DNA of 32,000 bases from Methanocaldococcus jannaschii DSM 2661 (GCF_000091665.1 NC_000909.1:1086629-1118628), one strand, 5' to 3'. Positions 11,094 through 21,479 are shown, counted from the first letter of the stretch. Notes: generated from the sequence alone by a model not told the origin. Translations and numbers: made by a program.

Positions 11094-12008
11094 ATGCTAT
11101 GTAGCTGTGGAAACGAAGCATTTTATTATCAAAAGTACTCAAATAGGCATCTATGTAAAGAATGTTTTAAAAAAGATATTGAAAGGAGAGCTAAAAAGGT
11201 TTTAGGGAAAGATATTATAAGAAACAATGTAAAAATAGGCATTGGAATTAGTGGAGGAAAAGATAGCTTAGTTATGGCATATATTTTAAAGGAGCTTTTT
11301 AAACATATTCCAAACGCTAAGTTAATTTGTTTTTTTGTGGATGAAGGAATAAAAGGTTTTAGGAACATAGCAGAAAAATACGTTAAAGAATTTTGTAAAG
11401 AATATAATTTAGATTTAAAGATTATAAAATTTGAGGATGAGATTGGTTATACCTTAGATGAAATTGTAAAAAATGATTATTTAAGCAAATTAAATATAGG
11501 GAAACCATGTTCCTTTTGTGGAGTAGTTAGAAGATATTTATTAAATAAACATGCTTTAAAAGAAGGCTGTGATTATTTGGCTATAGGGCATAATTTGGAT
11601 GATTTCTGCCAGACAATTTTAATGAACTATGTTGAGGGAAATATAAAAAATATTATTCAGTTTGGTAAAGAATTTGAAGGAGGAGGGTTTGTTAAGAGAA
11701 TCAAACCACTAAAGTTAATTCCTGAAGAGGAAGTTAAGTTATATGCTGAAATAAATAATATAAAGTATCAGAGAGAGCCATGTCCATACTCGTCTCTATC
11801 TTATAGACATAGAATGAAAAAAGTAATTGAGATTTTGGAAGAAGAAAAGCCGGGAGTTAAGTTTAGTATATTGAGAGGTTATGAGAAACTTTTAAAATAT
11901 TTAAATGTTAAAGAAGAAATCAGGAGATGTGAGATATGTGGTTTTCCATGTAGTGGAAATATTTGCAAGGTATGTTCATGGCTCATAAAATTGAAGGAAA
12001 TTAAATAG
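11094..12008 (+). CDS. TtuA/NcsA-like tRNA 2-thiolation enzyme (N-type ATP pyrophosphatase)
   Basis: N-terminal CSCGNEAFYYQKYSNRHLCKECF; PP-loop GIGISGGKDSLVM; CSFCGVVRRYLLN; C-terminal CEICGFPCSGNICKVCSW. ATG 11094 preferred over 10983. Confidence 0.92.
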   Translation: MLCSCGNEAFYYQKYSNRHLCKECFKKDIERRAKKVLGKDIIRNNVKIGIGISGGKDSLVMAYILKELFKHIPNAKLICFFVDEGIKGFRNIAEKYVKEFCKEYNLDLKIIKFEDEIGYTLDEIVKNDYLSKLNIGKPCSFCGVVRRYLLNKHALKEGCDYLAIGHNLDDFCQTILMNYVEGNIKNIIQFGKEFEGGGFVKRIKPLKLIPEEEVKLYAEINNIKYQREPCPYSSLSYRHRMKKVIEILEEEKPGVKFSILRGYEKLLKYLNVKEEIRRCEICGFPCSGNICKVCSWLIKLKEIK

Positions 12009-12044
12009 AATTCTATTCAAAATAATTTTTTATGGTGATGATTT

Positions 12045-13982
12045 ATGATAGGAGATTATGAAAGATTTAAACAACTCAAAAAAAAGGTTGCTGAAGCATT
12101 GAATATTAGTGAGGAGGAATTAGATAGGATGATTGATAAAAAAATTGAAGAAAACGGAGGAATAATATTGAAAGATGCTGCATTAATGATGATTGCAAAA
12201 GAACATGGAGTTTATGGAGAAGAAAAAAATGATGAAGAATTTTTAATTAGTGATATTGAAGAGGGACAGATAGGCGTTGAGATAACTGGAGTTATAACTG
12301 ATATCTCTGAAATAAAAACATTCAAAAGGAGAGATGGGAGTTTAGGGAAATACAAAAGAATTACAATAGCGGATAAGTCAGGAACTATAAGAATGACTTT
12401 ATGGGACGATTTGGCTGAATTAGATGTAAAAGTTGGAGATGTTATTAAAATTGAAAGAGCAAGAGCAAGAAAATGGAGAAATAATTTAGAGTTGAGTTCA
12501 ACATCTGAAACTAAGATTAAAAAATTAGAAAACTATGAAGGAGAACTTCCAGAGATTAAAGATACCTACAATATTGGTGAGCTAAGTCCTGGAATGACAG
12601 CAACATTTGAAGGAGAAGTTATCTCAGCTCTTCCAATCAAAGAATTTAAAAGAGCTGATGGTAGTATTGGAAAATTAAAATCATTTATTGTTAGAGATGA
12701 GACAGGAAGTATAAGAGTTACCTTATGGGATAATCTAACAGATATCGATGTTGGTAGAGGAGATTACGTTAGAGTTAGGGGCTATATAAGGGAAGGTTAT
12801 TATGGGGGTTTAGAATGCACCGCAAATTATGTAGAGATATTAAAAAAAGGAGAAAAAATAGAGAGTGAAGAAGTAAATATTGAGGATTTAACAAAATATG
12901 AAGATGGAGAACTGGTGAGTGTTAAAGGTAGAGTTATAGCCATAAGTAATAAAAAAAGCGTAGATTTGGATGGAGAGATAGCAAAGGTTCAAGATATTAT
13001 ATTAGATAACGGCACTGGTAGAGTTAGAGTTTCATTTTGGAGAGGAAAAACTGCTTTATTGGAAAATATAAAAGAAGGGGACTTAGTTAGAATAACAAAC
13101 TGTAGAGTTAAGACGTTTTATGATAGAGAAGGAAATAAAAGAACTGATTTAGTTGCCACATTAGAAACAGAAGTTATTAAAGATGAAAACATTGAAGCTC
13201 CAGAGTATGAGCTAAAATATTGCAAAATTGAAGATATTTATAATAGAGATGTTGACTGGAACGATATAAATTTAATAGCTCAAGTTGTTGAGGATTATGG
13301 AGTTAATGAAATTGAATTTGAAGATAAGGTTAGAAAAGTAAGAAATTTATTGTTAGAAGATGGAACTGGAAGAATAAGGTTGAGTTTATGGGATGATTTG
13401 GCTGAAATAGAGATTAAAGAAGGAGATATTGTAGAAATTTTACATGCCTATGCTAAGGAGAGGGGAGATTATATAGATTTGGTTATTGGAAAATATGGAA
13501 GAATAATTATAAATCCAGAAGGGGTTGAAATAAAAACCAATAGAAAGTTTATAGCAGATATTGAAGACGGAGAAACTGTTGAAGTTAGAGGGGCTGTAGT
13601 TAAGATATTGAGTGACACTCTCTTTCTTTATTTATGCCCAAATTGTAGAAAGAGGGTTGTAGAGATTGATGGAATTTATAACTGCCCTATTTGTGGAGAT
13701 GTTGAGCCAGAAGAGATTTTAAGATTGAATTTTGTTGTAGATGATGGGACTGGAACTTTATTATGTAGGGCTTATGATAGAAGAGTTGAGAAGATGTTAA
13801 AAATGAATAGGGAGGAGTTAAAGAACCTAACTATAGAAATGGTGGAAGATGAAATATTAGGGGAAGAGTTTGTTTTGTATGGAAATGTTAGAGTAGAGAA
13901 TGATGAATTAATTATGGTTGTTAGAAGAGTTAATGATGTAGATGTTGAGAAAGAAATAAGAATATTGGAGGAAATGGAATAA
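12045..13982 (+). CDS. rpa: Single-stranded DNA-binding protein, replication factor A (several OB folds plus zinc finger)
   Basis: Repeated OB-fold signatures ([18 protein letters not shown]; [17 protein letters not shown]; [17 protein letters not shown]; [17 protein letters not shown]) and C-terminal CPNCRKRV...CPICGD. Confidence 0.95.
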
Positions 13983-14038
13983 CAAAAAATAAATAAATAT
14001 AAGTCAATATTATAACCAAAAAAATTTACGGTGATGAG

Positions 14039-15343
14039 ATGATTGTTGAGAGAGTTGAAGAGTATTTGGACAGAATAGAAAAAATCAACAAGGATATTAA
14101 TGCTCTAATTGAGGTAAAACCAGAAAAAGTTTTAGAAGAGGCAAAAAAATTAGAAAAAGATGAAAAAGCTAAGAAAAAGCCATTATATGGAAAGATTATT
14201 GTAGTTAAAGCAAACATAAACGTTGAGGGCTATACAATCTCATGTGCATCAAAGACTTTAGAAAACTACATAGCCCCTTACGATGCCACTGTTATAGAGA
14301 AGATTAAAGAAAATGGTGGATTGATAATAGGAATAGCAAATATGGATGAGTTTGCATGTGGTAGTAGTGGAGAAACCTCTTATTTTGGACCAACAAAAAA
14401 CCCAAGGGCTAAAGATAGAATTCCTGGAGGAAGTTCTTCAGGAAGTGCTGCTGCAGTATCTGCAGATTTATGTGATATGGCTTTAGGTAGTGACACAGGG
14501 GGAAGTATTAGGAACCCTGCTTCACATTGCGGAGTTGTTGGATTTAAGCCAAGTTATGGAGTTGTTAGCAGATATGGCCTCTGTGATTTGGCAATGAGTT
14601 TTGACCAAATAGGACCTTTAACAAAAACAGCTGAAGATGCATTATTATTAACAAATATCATTAAAGGTAAAGATTTAAGGGACACAACAACGGTAGAGAC
14701 AAAACCTTTTGAAAAGAAAGATATTAAAGGCTTTAAGGTTGGAGTTGTTAAGGAGTTTATGGATGTTGCCGATGAGAAGATAAGGGATAAGGTAGAAAAA
14801 GCCATTGAAGTCTTTAAAGATTTAGGTTGTGAGATTGTTGAATTAAGCTATAAATATGTTGATTTAGCATTGCCAACTTACTATTTAATCAACTACGTTG
14901 AGTTCTTCTCATCCACAAGAAGATACGATGGAAGAAGATATGGATATAAAATAGAGGAAGTTTGTGGAGAGGAAGTTTTAAGAAGAATTATGATTGGTTC
15001 AATGATTAGTCAGAAAGAGTATAGTGGTAAATACTACAAAAACGCTTTAAAGGCAAGGAATTTAATGAGAAATGAGATGATTAAGATTATGAAGGATGTT
15101 GATATTATAGTGGGAGCAACAGTTCCTAAGTTACCACACAAATTAGGTGAAAAATTAACACCAATGGAGATGTATAGTTATGATGTTTTAACAGTCCCAG
15201 CTAATATCTGCGGTTTGTGTGCTGGAGTTGTTCCATGTGGGGATATAAATGGAATTCCTGTTGGTTTGCAAATCCAAGGAAAGCCATTTGAAGATGAAAA
15301 AGTTCTAAGTGCAATGATTGCATTTGAGAAGGCAATGGAGTAA
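14039..15343 (+). CDS. gatA: Glutamyl-tRNA(Gln) amidotransferase subunit A
   Basis: Amidase signature GSSSGSAAAVSADLCDMALGSDTGGSIRNPASHCGVVGFKPSYG. Confidence 0.96.
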   Translation: MIVERVEEYLDRIEKINKDINALIEVKPEKVLEEAKKLEKDEKAKKKPLYGKIIVVKANINVEGYTISCASKTLENYIAPYDATVIEKIKENGGLIIGIANMDEFACGSSGETSYFGPTKNPRAKDRIPGGSSSGSAAAVSADLCDMALGSDTGGSIRNPASHCGVVGFKPSYGVVSRYGLCDLAMSFDQIGPLTKTAEDALLLTNIIKGKDLRDTTTVETKPFEKKDIKGFKVGVVKEFMDVADEKIRDKVEKAIEVFKDLGCEIVELSYKYVDLALPTYYLINYVEFFSSTRRYDGRRYGYKIEEVCGEEVLRRIMIGSMISQKEYSGKYYKNALKARNLMRNEMIKIMKDVDIIVGATVPKLPHKLGEKLTPMEMYSYDVLTVPANICGLCAGVVPCGDINGIPVGLQIQGKPFEDEKVLSAMIAFEKAME

Positions 15344-15497
15344 TATTTCCATATTAATACTATTTTTAATTTTTTGATGAATTTTTATTATTTTAATATA
15401 TTAAATTAAGTTCTAAATTCAAATGAAAACATTTTTAAATGAGCAATTAATTAAATAAATTTTATTTTCATGATATTGTATATCTACTGGTGAAAAT

Positions 15498-16001
15498 ATG
15501 AGAGATAATATACGTAGTATTAATAAACTGTTAATATACTTAGTATTAATTTTGTCAGCCATGTTTTTGTGTCAAAATGTTTTTGCAGAGGACTATAATG
15601 CCATAGAAATAACTGTAAAGAATATTAGTAGTGGGGAGATACTTTATCAAAAAATATTCCCAAAAGATGAAGCTTTTAGTGACTATCAAGTTATAAACGG
15701 ATTTACTATAGATATACATTACAATCCAAATTATCCAGGTATGGTGTATAAAGTACATCAGAGTAATAATCACTTTATTTTTAATGTTTCTGGGGAATTA
15801 AATTGGGGTTCTTATCAACAAAGTGGAGATATCGCATGTATTGTTGACGTCATTCATTACGATTTCCCACCACCTTCAAATACAACCTCAAATACAACTA
15901 CAACATCCTCATCATCAACAAAAGCCCCAATTCCATTAAGCGTTTATTTAGCCATAACTGCTTTCTTTACCTATATCATATATAGAAAATCAAAAACTTA
16001 A
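15498..16001 (+). CDS. Predicted secreted, C-terminally membrane-anchored protein
   Basis: Signal-like [20 protein letters not shown]; S/T/N-rich linker [17 protein letters not shown]; final hydrophobic segment then RKSKT. Confidence 0.6.
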
Positions 16002-16010
16002 TTTTTTATT

Positions 16011-16073
16011 TTAAAATCCAGCGAAATCTTCTAAAACAACCATATTCTTTTTTGTATCATAAACAAAATAACT
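16011..16073 (-). pseudogene. Duplicated C-terminal fragment of the metallophosphoesterase at 16667-17323
   Basis: Reverse strand reads SYFVYDTKKNMVVLEDFAGF*, compared with SYFVYDTKKNMVVLDDFNGF* at the end of the intact gene. A TAG stop lies immediately upstream. Confidence 0.85.
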
Positions 16074-16210
16074 CTATAACCTTATAAGTCTAAAGGAAAA
16101 CCTTTTTATGATAAGTTTTATAAAAAAATCATTATATGATAATTTTATATTCTTACAAAAAGAGTTAATATTTTGGGTCTAATTAGATTAAAAATAAGGA
16201 GTTGATGGTC

Positions 16211-16333
16211 ATGAAATTTGACGCCTTTGCTATATTAGTGTTATTAGTAATTGGCTTTATGGTTGTATTCTCAACATTATTGGCTATATGGTATTGGAAA
16301 TTTGGAAGAAAGCTAATCCATCAAAAGGATTAA
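16211..16333 (+). CDS. 40-aa small membrane protein (not in the ORF track)
   Basis: MKFDAFAILVLLVIGFMVVFSTLLAIWYWKFGRKLIHQKD* preceded by GGAG...GGTC; ends 1 nt before the stop of the convergent gene. Confidence 0.65.
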   Translation: MKFDAFAILVLLVIGFMVVFSTLLAIWYWKFGRKLIHQKD

Positions 16334-16334
16334 C

Positions 16335-16565
16335 TTATAATTCTTTGTAAATGTCATACAAGATACTCCCAAATAGCCAACTTAGATAAAACATTGCTAT
16401 GATGTCAATTAAACATAGTGTTAAACCAGTATTAAAACTACCTTCGGAGAAGGCAACTTTAACAATAACTGCAACTAACAATATCAATCCAGCACCAAGA
16501 AAGATTTTATATATGTCAAATATTGCATTAAACAATAATTGTTTCCTCTCATCCATAACTATCAC
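16335..16565 (-). CDS. Small two-TM membrane protein
   Basis: 76-aa ORF with segments FLGAGLILLVAVIVKVAF and GLTLCLIDIIAMFYLSWLFG. Confidence 0.6.
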   Translation of the reverse strand: MIVMDERKQLLFNAIFDIYKIFLGAGLILLVAVIVKVAFSEGSFNTGLTLCLIDIIAMFYLSWLFGSILYDIYKEL

Positions 16566-16666
16566 AACTTTTTAAAGTAGTGACCTTGTGTTTTTTATTT
16601 TAAATTCTTTAATAAGTATAAAAAGTTTTGCAATTAAAAAATGGAAATGTATTTACCTCAAAAATT

Positions 16667-17323
16667 TTAAAATCCATTAAAATCATCTAAAACAACCATA
16701 TTCTTTTTAGTGTCATAGACAAAATAACTCTTTGGAGATGGATTCACAACTATTGTATTTCCAATTTTATCTATACACCTACTTTCATGTATATGCCCAC
16801 AGGCACAGAATCTTATATTTTCATTAAAATCTTCAATTATCTTTCTAATGCTTTTACTTCCAACGTGGATATCTTTGTCTAAATCAACAATATCAGCCAT
16901 TGTGTTATATGGAGGGGCATGGCTAACTAAAAATATATTTTTTAAGTTTTTAACCACATTTATGAGCTTATTGTATATTTCTTCTTCGGTGTATTCATTT
17001 GGAGTGTTAAAAGGGGTCTTATTACTCCCTCCTATTCCAACAAAATTTATATTCTCTATTTTTTTCACTTTTCTATCTATATTTAATTTAAAGCTATTCA
17101 ACTCATCAATAACTTCTTTAGTATCACAATTTCCTGGAACGCATAGAACTTCCATATAATCTGATAACTCAGCCAATTTCTCTATAACCTCAATTCCTTT
17201 ACCAAAGTGTGTTATATCCCCACAAACAACTAAAACATCAGCAAAATCTTTAAATTCTCTAACTGCTGGAGGTAATTTTCCATGTAAATCAGTAATTCCC
17301 ACTATTTTCATATATTTCACCAT
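16667..17323 (-). CDS. Calcineurin-like metallophosphoesterase
   Basis: DLHGKLP, VVCGDITHFG, CVPGNCD, SHAPPYN, CGHIHESR, NPSP. Confidence 0.93.
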   Translation of the reverse strand: MVKYMKIVGITDLHGKLPPAVREFKDFADVLVVCGDITHFGKGIEVIEKLAELSDYMEVLCVPGNCDTKEVIDELNSFKLNIDRKVKKIENINFVGIGGSNKTPFNTPNEYTEEEIYNKLINVVKNLKNIFLVSHAPPYNTMADIVDLDKDIHVGSKSIRKIIEDFNENIRFCACGHIHESRCIDKIGNTIVVNPSPKSYFVYDTKKNMVVLDDFNGF

Positions 17324-17465
17324 TTTATTTTATTTTTTTAAGCTTTTGAAATTTTTAGTTTAATTTTTAAACATCCATAAACCACTTTTATCAGATTGAG
17401 AAAATTTCCCCACATAATAAAAATTAAATAGCTTAACATTAAAATTATTATGTGGAGGTGAGAGG

Positions 17466-18119
17466 ATGATAACATGGTATGGTCATGCATGCTTTAAAGT
17501 AGATAATGTGTTAATAGACCCATTTGTTCCAAATCCTTTATGTGATTTGCCTTATGATGAAATAATGGAAGGAGTTGAGGTAATAGCAGTAACTCATGGC
17601 CATGCAGACCACTTAGGAAATGCTGAAGAGTTAGCTAAAACCTACAATGTTCCAGTAGTAACGAACCATGAGATTAGTGTCTATTTATCAGAAAGAGGAG
17701 TTTGTGCAGAAGGAATGAACATTGGGGGGACTATAGAGATAAATGGAGCAAAATTAACAATGGTTAAAGCTGAGCACTCATCAGATATCTCTCCAACAAT
17801 AAGTGGGGGAGTTGCTGCTGGATTTATTATAAATGATAGAGTATATCATGCAGGAGATACTGGCTTATTTGGAGATATGGAGTTAATTGGAGAGATTTAC
17901 GCTCCACAAATAGCTTTATTGCCAATTGGTGGAAGATACACAATGGGAATTGATGAGGCATTAGTGGCTATTGAGCTAATATATCCAGAGATTGTTATTC
18001 CAATGCATTATAATACATTCCCGTTAATTGAAGTGGATGTAAATGAGTTTGTGAAAAAAGCAGAGGCTTTAGGAGTTGAGGTCATAGTTCCAAAGATTGG
18101 AGAACCATTGGAATTATAA
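17466..18119 (+). CDS. UPF0173 metallo-beta-lactamase-fold metal-dependent hydrolase
   Basis: ITWYGHACFKV, VTHGHADHLGNA, VYHAGDTGLFGDM, VIPMHYNTFP. Confidence 0.93.
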   Translation: MITWYGHACFKVDNVLIDPFVPNPLCDLPYDEIMEGVEVIAVTHGHADHLGNAEELAKTYNVPVVTNHEISVYLSERGVCAEGMNIGGTIEINGAKLTMVKAEHSSDISPTISGGVAAGFIINDRVYHAGDTGLFGDMELIGEIYAPQIALLPIGGRYTMGIDEALVAIELIYPEIVIPMHYNTFPLIEVDVNEFVKKAEALGVEVIVPKIGEPLEL

Positions 18120-18174
18120 ATCCCGTTATCTTTTTTAACTTTTTTACTATTAAAACGTAATATTAGTGGTTATT

Positions 18175-18430
18175 ATGAATTATTGTCCAATCCTACATTA
18201 CCGATGAAAAGGGAAATATTAAAGGAGTTATTTTGGGTTATAAGACATTTAAAAAGATTGAAGAGTTGTTATTAGATTATGGGCTTTTAAAGGCAATGGA
18301 AGAGATGAGGGGTTTATTTAGAGACAGCATATAAATTGAAGATTATAGAATTGGTTTTAAATATGAAAATGAAAAAATCGTGTTTTATAGAGTTTTACAT
18401 AGAAAACAAATGTACAAAAAATTTCCGTAA
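18175..18430 (+). pseudogene. Decayed toxin-antitoxin locus (antitoxin N-terminal part joined to RelE/ParE-like toxin C-terminal part)
   Basis: From 18185: VQSYITDEKGNIKGVILGYKTFKKIEELLLDYGLLKAMEEMRGLFRDSI*(18332)[31 protein letters not shown](18428-18430), all in one frame. The ATG at 18175 is in a different frame. Confidence 0.65.
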
Positions 18431-18460
18431 TTTACTTTTTAAATCATCAATTTTTTAAAT

Positions 18461-19417
18461 TTATCTTATATCTCTTAACATGGATTTTATATGCTCAATC
18501 AACTCAAGGGCATCATCCATCTTTTTTAACTCTTCAATACTAACAACTGGCAAGTTTTTATACTCTTTCTCTTTTTCTTCCAATATTAATAGTGAATATC
18601 CATCTAATAACCTTGACAATTCTCTCACGAATAACGCCTTTCTCTTTACTTCTTCATTATCTTTTTCTTCAATATTTGTTAATAGAATATTTAGATTGTT
18701 ATCCATATCCTTCTCAGCTACTGCATCAAATGGAGCCTTTTCAACAACAAATGATTTAAATCCTAATTCGTTTAGAAAATTTATCGCCTCTTTCTTAAAA
18801 TCTTCTAAATTTTCTAATTTATTTTCAACATCCTCATCATCAACAGGCTCAAATAAATCAATACCTTTAACTAACGGCACATCTAAGAACTCCTCAATTT
18901 TTAAAGCCACATCTACTGAAGGATTTGCCATCTGAGTTTCATATTTATAGATTGCCTTTCTTGAAACACCAGCAACTTCTGCCAACTTTCCTACTGAGAT
19001 ACCCATAGCCTCTCTAACTTCTTTCAACACCTTCCCATCTATCTTTACAAAAAATCCTCCTCTATTTGCATAAACCATTGGTGGGCTTCCTTCTAAATAA
19101 TCTCTGAACGTTTCAAAAGTCACTGCTTTTATATTATATCTGTCATAAACAACTCCATGCTCCATAGGGGCGTTTCTTGTTCTAATGCCTATTATTAAAG
19201 GAGTCCCATGCAGTATTTTGCTAATCTTCTTTAATTCTTTTGATTGATCTCTACTTAAACTGTCTATATTCTTTAAAATTTTTAAAATTAATCTAATATC
19301 CTCTTTACTTGCTACCATATCAAAGCAACTTCTTCCCAGTGGTTTTGAGACGATGAATTTATGTGATCTTAATAATTCTATACATTCGGATATTAGAATC
19401 TCTCTCATAATCATCAC
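18461..19417 (-). CDS. HTH-type transcriptional regulator (Cro/CI-type HTH with nuclease-like N-terminal region)
   Basis: HTH segment LREVREAMGISVGKLAEVAGVSRKAIYKYETQMANPSVDVALKIEEFLDVPL. Confidence 0.85.
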   Translation of the reverse strand: MMIMREILISECIELLRSHKFIVSKPLGRSCFDMVASKEDIRLILKILKNIDSLSRDQSKELKKISKILHGTPLIIGIRTRNAPMEHGVVYDRYNIKAVTFETFRDYLEGSPPMVYANRGGFFVKIDGKVLKEVREAMGISVGKLAEVAGVSRKAIYKYETQMANPSVDVALKIEEFLDVPLVKGIDLFEPVDDEDVENKLENLEDFKKEAINFLNELGFKSFVVEKAPFDAVAEKDMDNNLNILLTNIEEKDNEEVKRKALFVRELSRLLDGYSLLILEEKEKEYKNLPVVSIEELKKMDDALELIEHIKSMLRDIR

Positions 19418-19655
19418 CGTAAATTCTTCTAATCTAAATCATTATAATATTTATTTTTTATGGTTGTATTTTTATATTATTAGCTTTACCAATATAAAGC
19501 TTTTCTACCAAAAATAGAACTTTTATTCATATATGTTGAACTATTTATAAATATGTGAGCAAGACACACACCTATATAAAAAAGTTTCTACTTAAACTTC
19601 ATACATAGTATTTATAAATGAAAATCATCAACTAACATAATGTCCATGTGAGACG

Positions 19656-20096
19656 ATGCCAGAGCATATTCTCTCCGGAATAAAGGCAATAGTGGCAATG
19701 AAATTAAGAAGAAAAGGGCTTTTGCAGAAGGAAATAGCAAAAATTATTAAGAGCGATAGGTCAATCGTTTCTCATTATCTCTCTGGGAGGTATCCAAAGG
19801 AAAAAATCTTAAATGTTGCAAAAATTATTGAAGAAATGCCACCACAATATGGAGCAAAGTTTATTCATTCTTTAACTGATAATAAAGAGCTTGCAAAGAA
19901 CTTAATTAAAGAATTATATGGTATAAAACTTTTCTGGGATGAAAATTCCTGCATAGCTTGCGGTTCCTGTTTAGGGTGTGCAGCACTCACACTTGATAAC
20001 TTCACTGTTGGTATAGACGAAGATACCTGCCATCTATGTGCATCTTGCATATTTAGATGTCCAACAAACTCATTAAAATTCATTAAGGAGGAATAA
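19656..20096 (+). CDS. HTH plus 4Fe-4S ferredoxin fusion, first gene of the fwd cluster
   Basis: LLQKEIAKIIKSDRSIVSHYLSGRYPKEKIL followed by CIACGSCLGCAALTLDNF...CHLCASCIFRCPTNSLKF. Confidence 0.85.
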   Translation: MPEHILSGIKAIVAMKLRRKGLLQKEIAKIIKSDRSIVSHYLSGRYPKEKILNVAKIIEEMPPQYGAKFIHSLTDNKELAKNLIKELYGIKLFWDENSCIACGSCLGCAALTLDNFTVGIDEDTCHLCASCIFRCPTNSLKFIKEE

Positions 20097-20098
20097 CC

Positions 20099-21166
20099 AT
20101 GATTGAGCAAATAAAAGAGGTCTATGAAAATGGATTTACCATATATAGAGATGGTGAAGTAGAAAAAAGAGAACTCTGTTGGAACGATGAACTATGTGTT
20201 GGATGTGGTATCTGTGCAGATATCTGCCCAGTTAATGCCATTGCTATGGGTCCTTTAGGAGCTATTGCTAAAGGAGACATAATAGCTCCAAAATTGGATA
20301 TTGATAAAGATGTCTGTGTTTTATGTGGAATGTGTGCTTCAGCATGTCCATTTGATGCATTGGATTTGAAAATCAATGGTAAATCAATAAAAGAAGATGA
20401 GAGATATCCAAAAATTAAGAGAGATATTAAAGTTTATCAAGACAAGTGTGTTTTATGTGAGCAGTGTGAAATGGTTTGTCCTCAAGGGGCTATAGTTGTT
20501 GAAAGAGAATTGGCAGAGAGGGAGAAGTTTGTTATCGGAGAGATAAACATAAACAAAGAGAAATGTGTTCTATGTGGAATCTGTGCTGAATACTGTCCAG
20601 CTGATGCTATTAATTTAAAATACAACTACCCAACTCCATCAAACCCAAAACCAATAACTGATATTGAAGTTGATAAGGATAAGTGTGTCTTCTGTAAGGT
20701 TTGTGAATTCGTCTGTCCGCATGATGCTATTGAGGTTATCTGTTACAAGTGTCCAATGATGAAGAGAATTCCACAAGCTAAGTTGTATGAGGATATTACA
20801 GGAAAAACAGTTATTGATAAAGATGCATGTGTAACCTGTGGATGGTGTGCCTTTATCTGTCCAGCTGAAGCTATTGAAGTTGAGAAGCCATTCAAAGGAG
20901 AGTTAATAATCGATGTAAATGCATGTAACGCTTGTGGAGCCTGTATTTCCATATGTCCATGTAGTGCATTAGAATTCCCAAAACCAAAAGACAAGGCAGA
21001 AAAAGTTCCAAGAATCATTGTAAATCAAAACCTCTGTGTGTTGTGTGGAGCTTGTGCTAAAGCATGTCCAGTTAATGCTATAAAAGTTAAGAGAACAGAA
21101 ATTAACTTTGAAAGAGAACCAAAGGCAATTGCATGGAAAGAAGCGTTTAAAAAGTTAATGGGTTAA
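20099..21166 (+). CDS. fwdF: Polyferredoxin subunit of formylmethanofuran dehydrogenase
   Basis: Eight CxxCxxCxxxCP motifs; next to fwdG, fwdD and fwdA. Confidence 0.93.
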   Translation: MIEQIKEVYENGFTIYRDGEVEKRELCWNDELCVGCGICADICPVNAIAMGPLGAIAKGDIIAPKLDIDKDVCVLCGMCASACPFDALDLKINGKSIKEDERYPKIKRDIKVYQDKCVLCEQCEMVCPQGAIVVERELAEREKFVIGEININKEKCVLCGICAEYCPADAINLKYNYPTPSNPKPITDIEVDKDKCVFCKVCEFVCPHDAIEVICYKCPMMKRIPQAKLYEDITGKTVIDKDACVTCGWCAFICPAEAIEVEKPFKGELIIDVNACNACGACISICPCSALEFPKPKDKAEKVPRIIVNQNLCVLCGACAKACPVNAIKVKRTEINFEREPKAIAWKEAFKKLMG

Positions 21167-21213
21167 ATTGAAAATACCTTAAAGAATATTAAAAATCATT
21201 AAAAGGTGAGGAA

Positions 21214-21462
21214 ATGAAAGCTTATGAGTTGGTAGTTTATCCAGAAAGATGCCACGGATGTGGAAACTGTGTTGTCTCATGCCCAGTTAATGCTAAACAT
21301 CCAGAAACTTGGGGAGGAAAAGGACCTTACAGTGATGATGTAGTTATTAGAGTTGAGAATGGAGTTGTTACTGTAGTCAATCAAGATTTATGTGGTGGAT
21401 GTGGAGCTTGCATAGAAGCATGCCCAGTTAATGCTATAGAGTTAGTTTTTAAAAGAAAATAA
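21214..21462 (+). CDS. fwdG: Formylmethanofuran dehydrogenase ferredoxin subunit G
   Basis: CHGCGNCVVSCPVNAKHPETWGGKGP and CGGCGACIEACPVNAI. Confidence 0.9.
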   Translation: MKAYELVVYPERCHGCGNCVVSCPVNAKHPETWGGKGPYSDDVVIRVENGVVTVVNQDLCGGCGACIEACPVNAIELVFKRK

Positions 21463-21479
21463 GCTAAATTGGTGAGATA

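Noticed and set aside
20099-21166. Repeated segments in this gene as a DNA repeat or CRISPR-like array
   Set aside because: They are protein-level CxxCxxCxxxCP ferredoxin motifs with diverged DNA, fully explained by FwdF.
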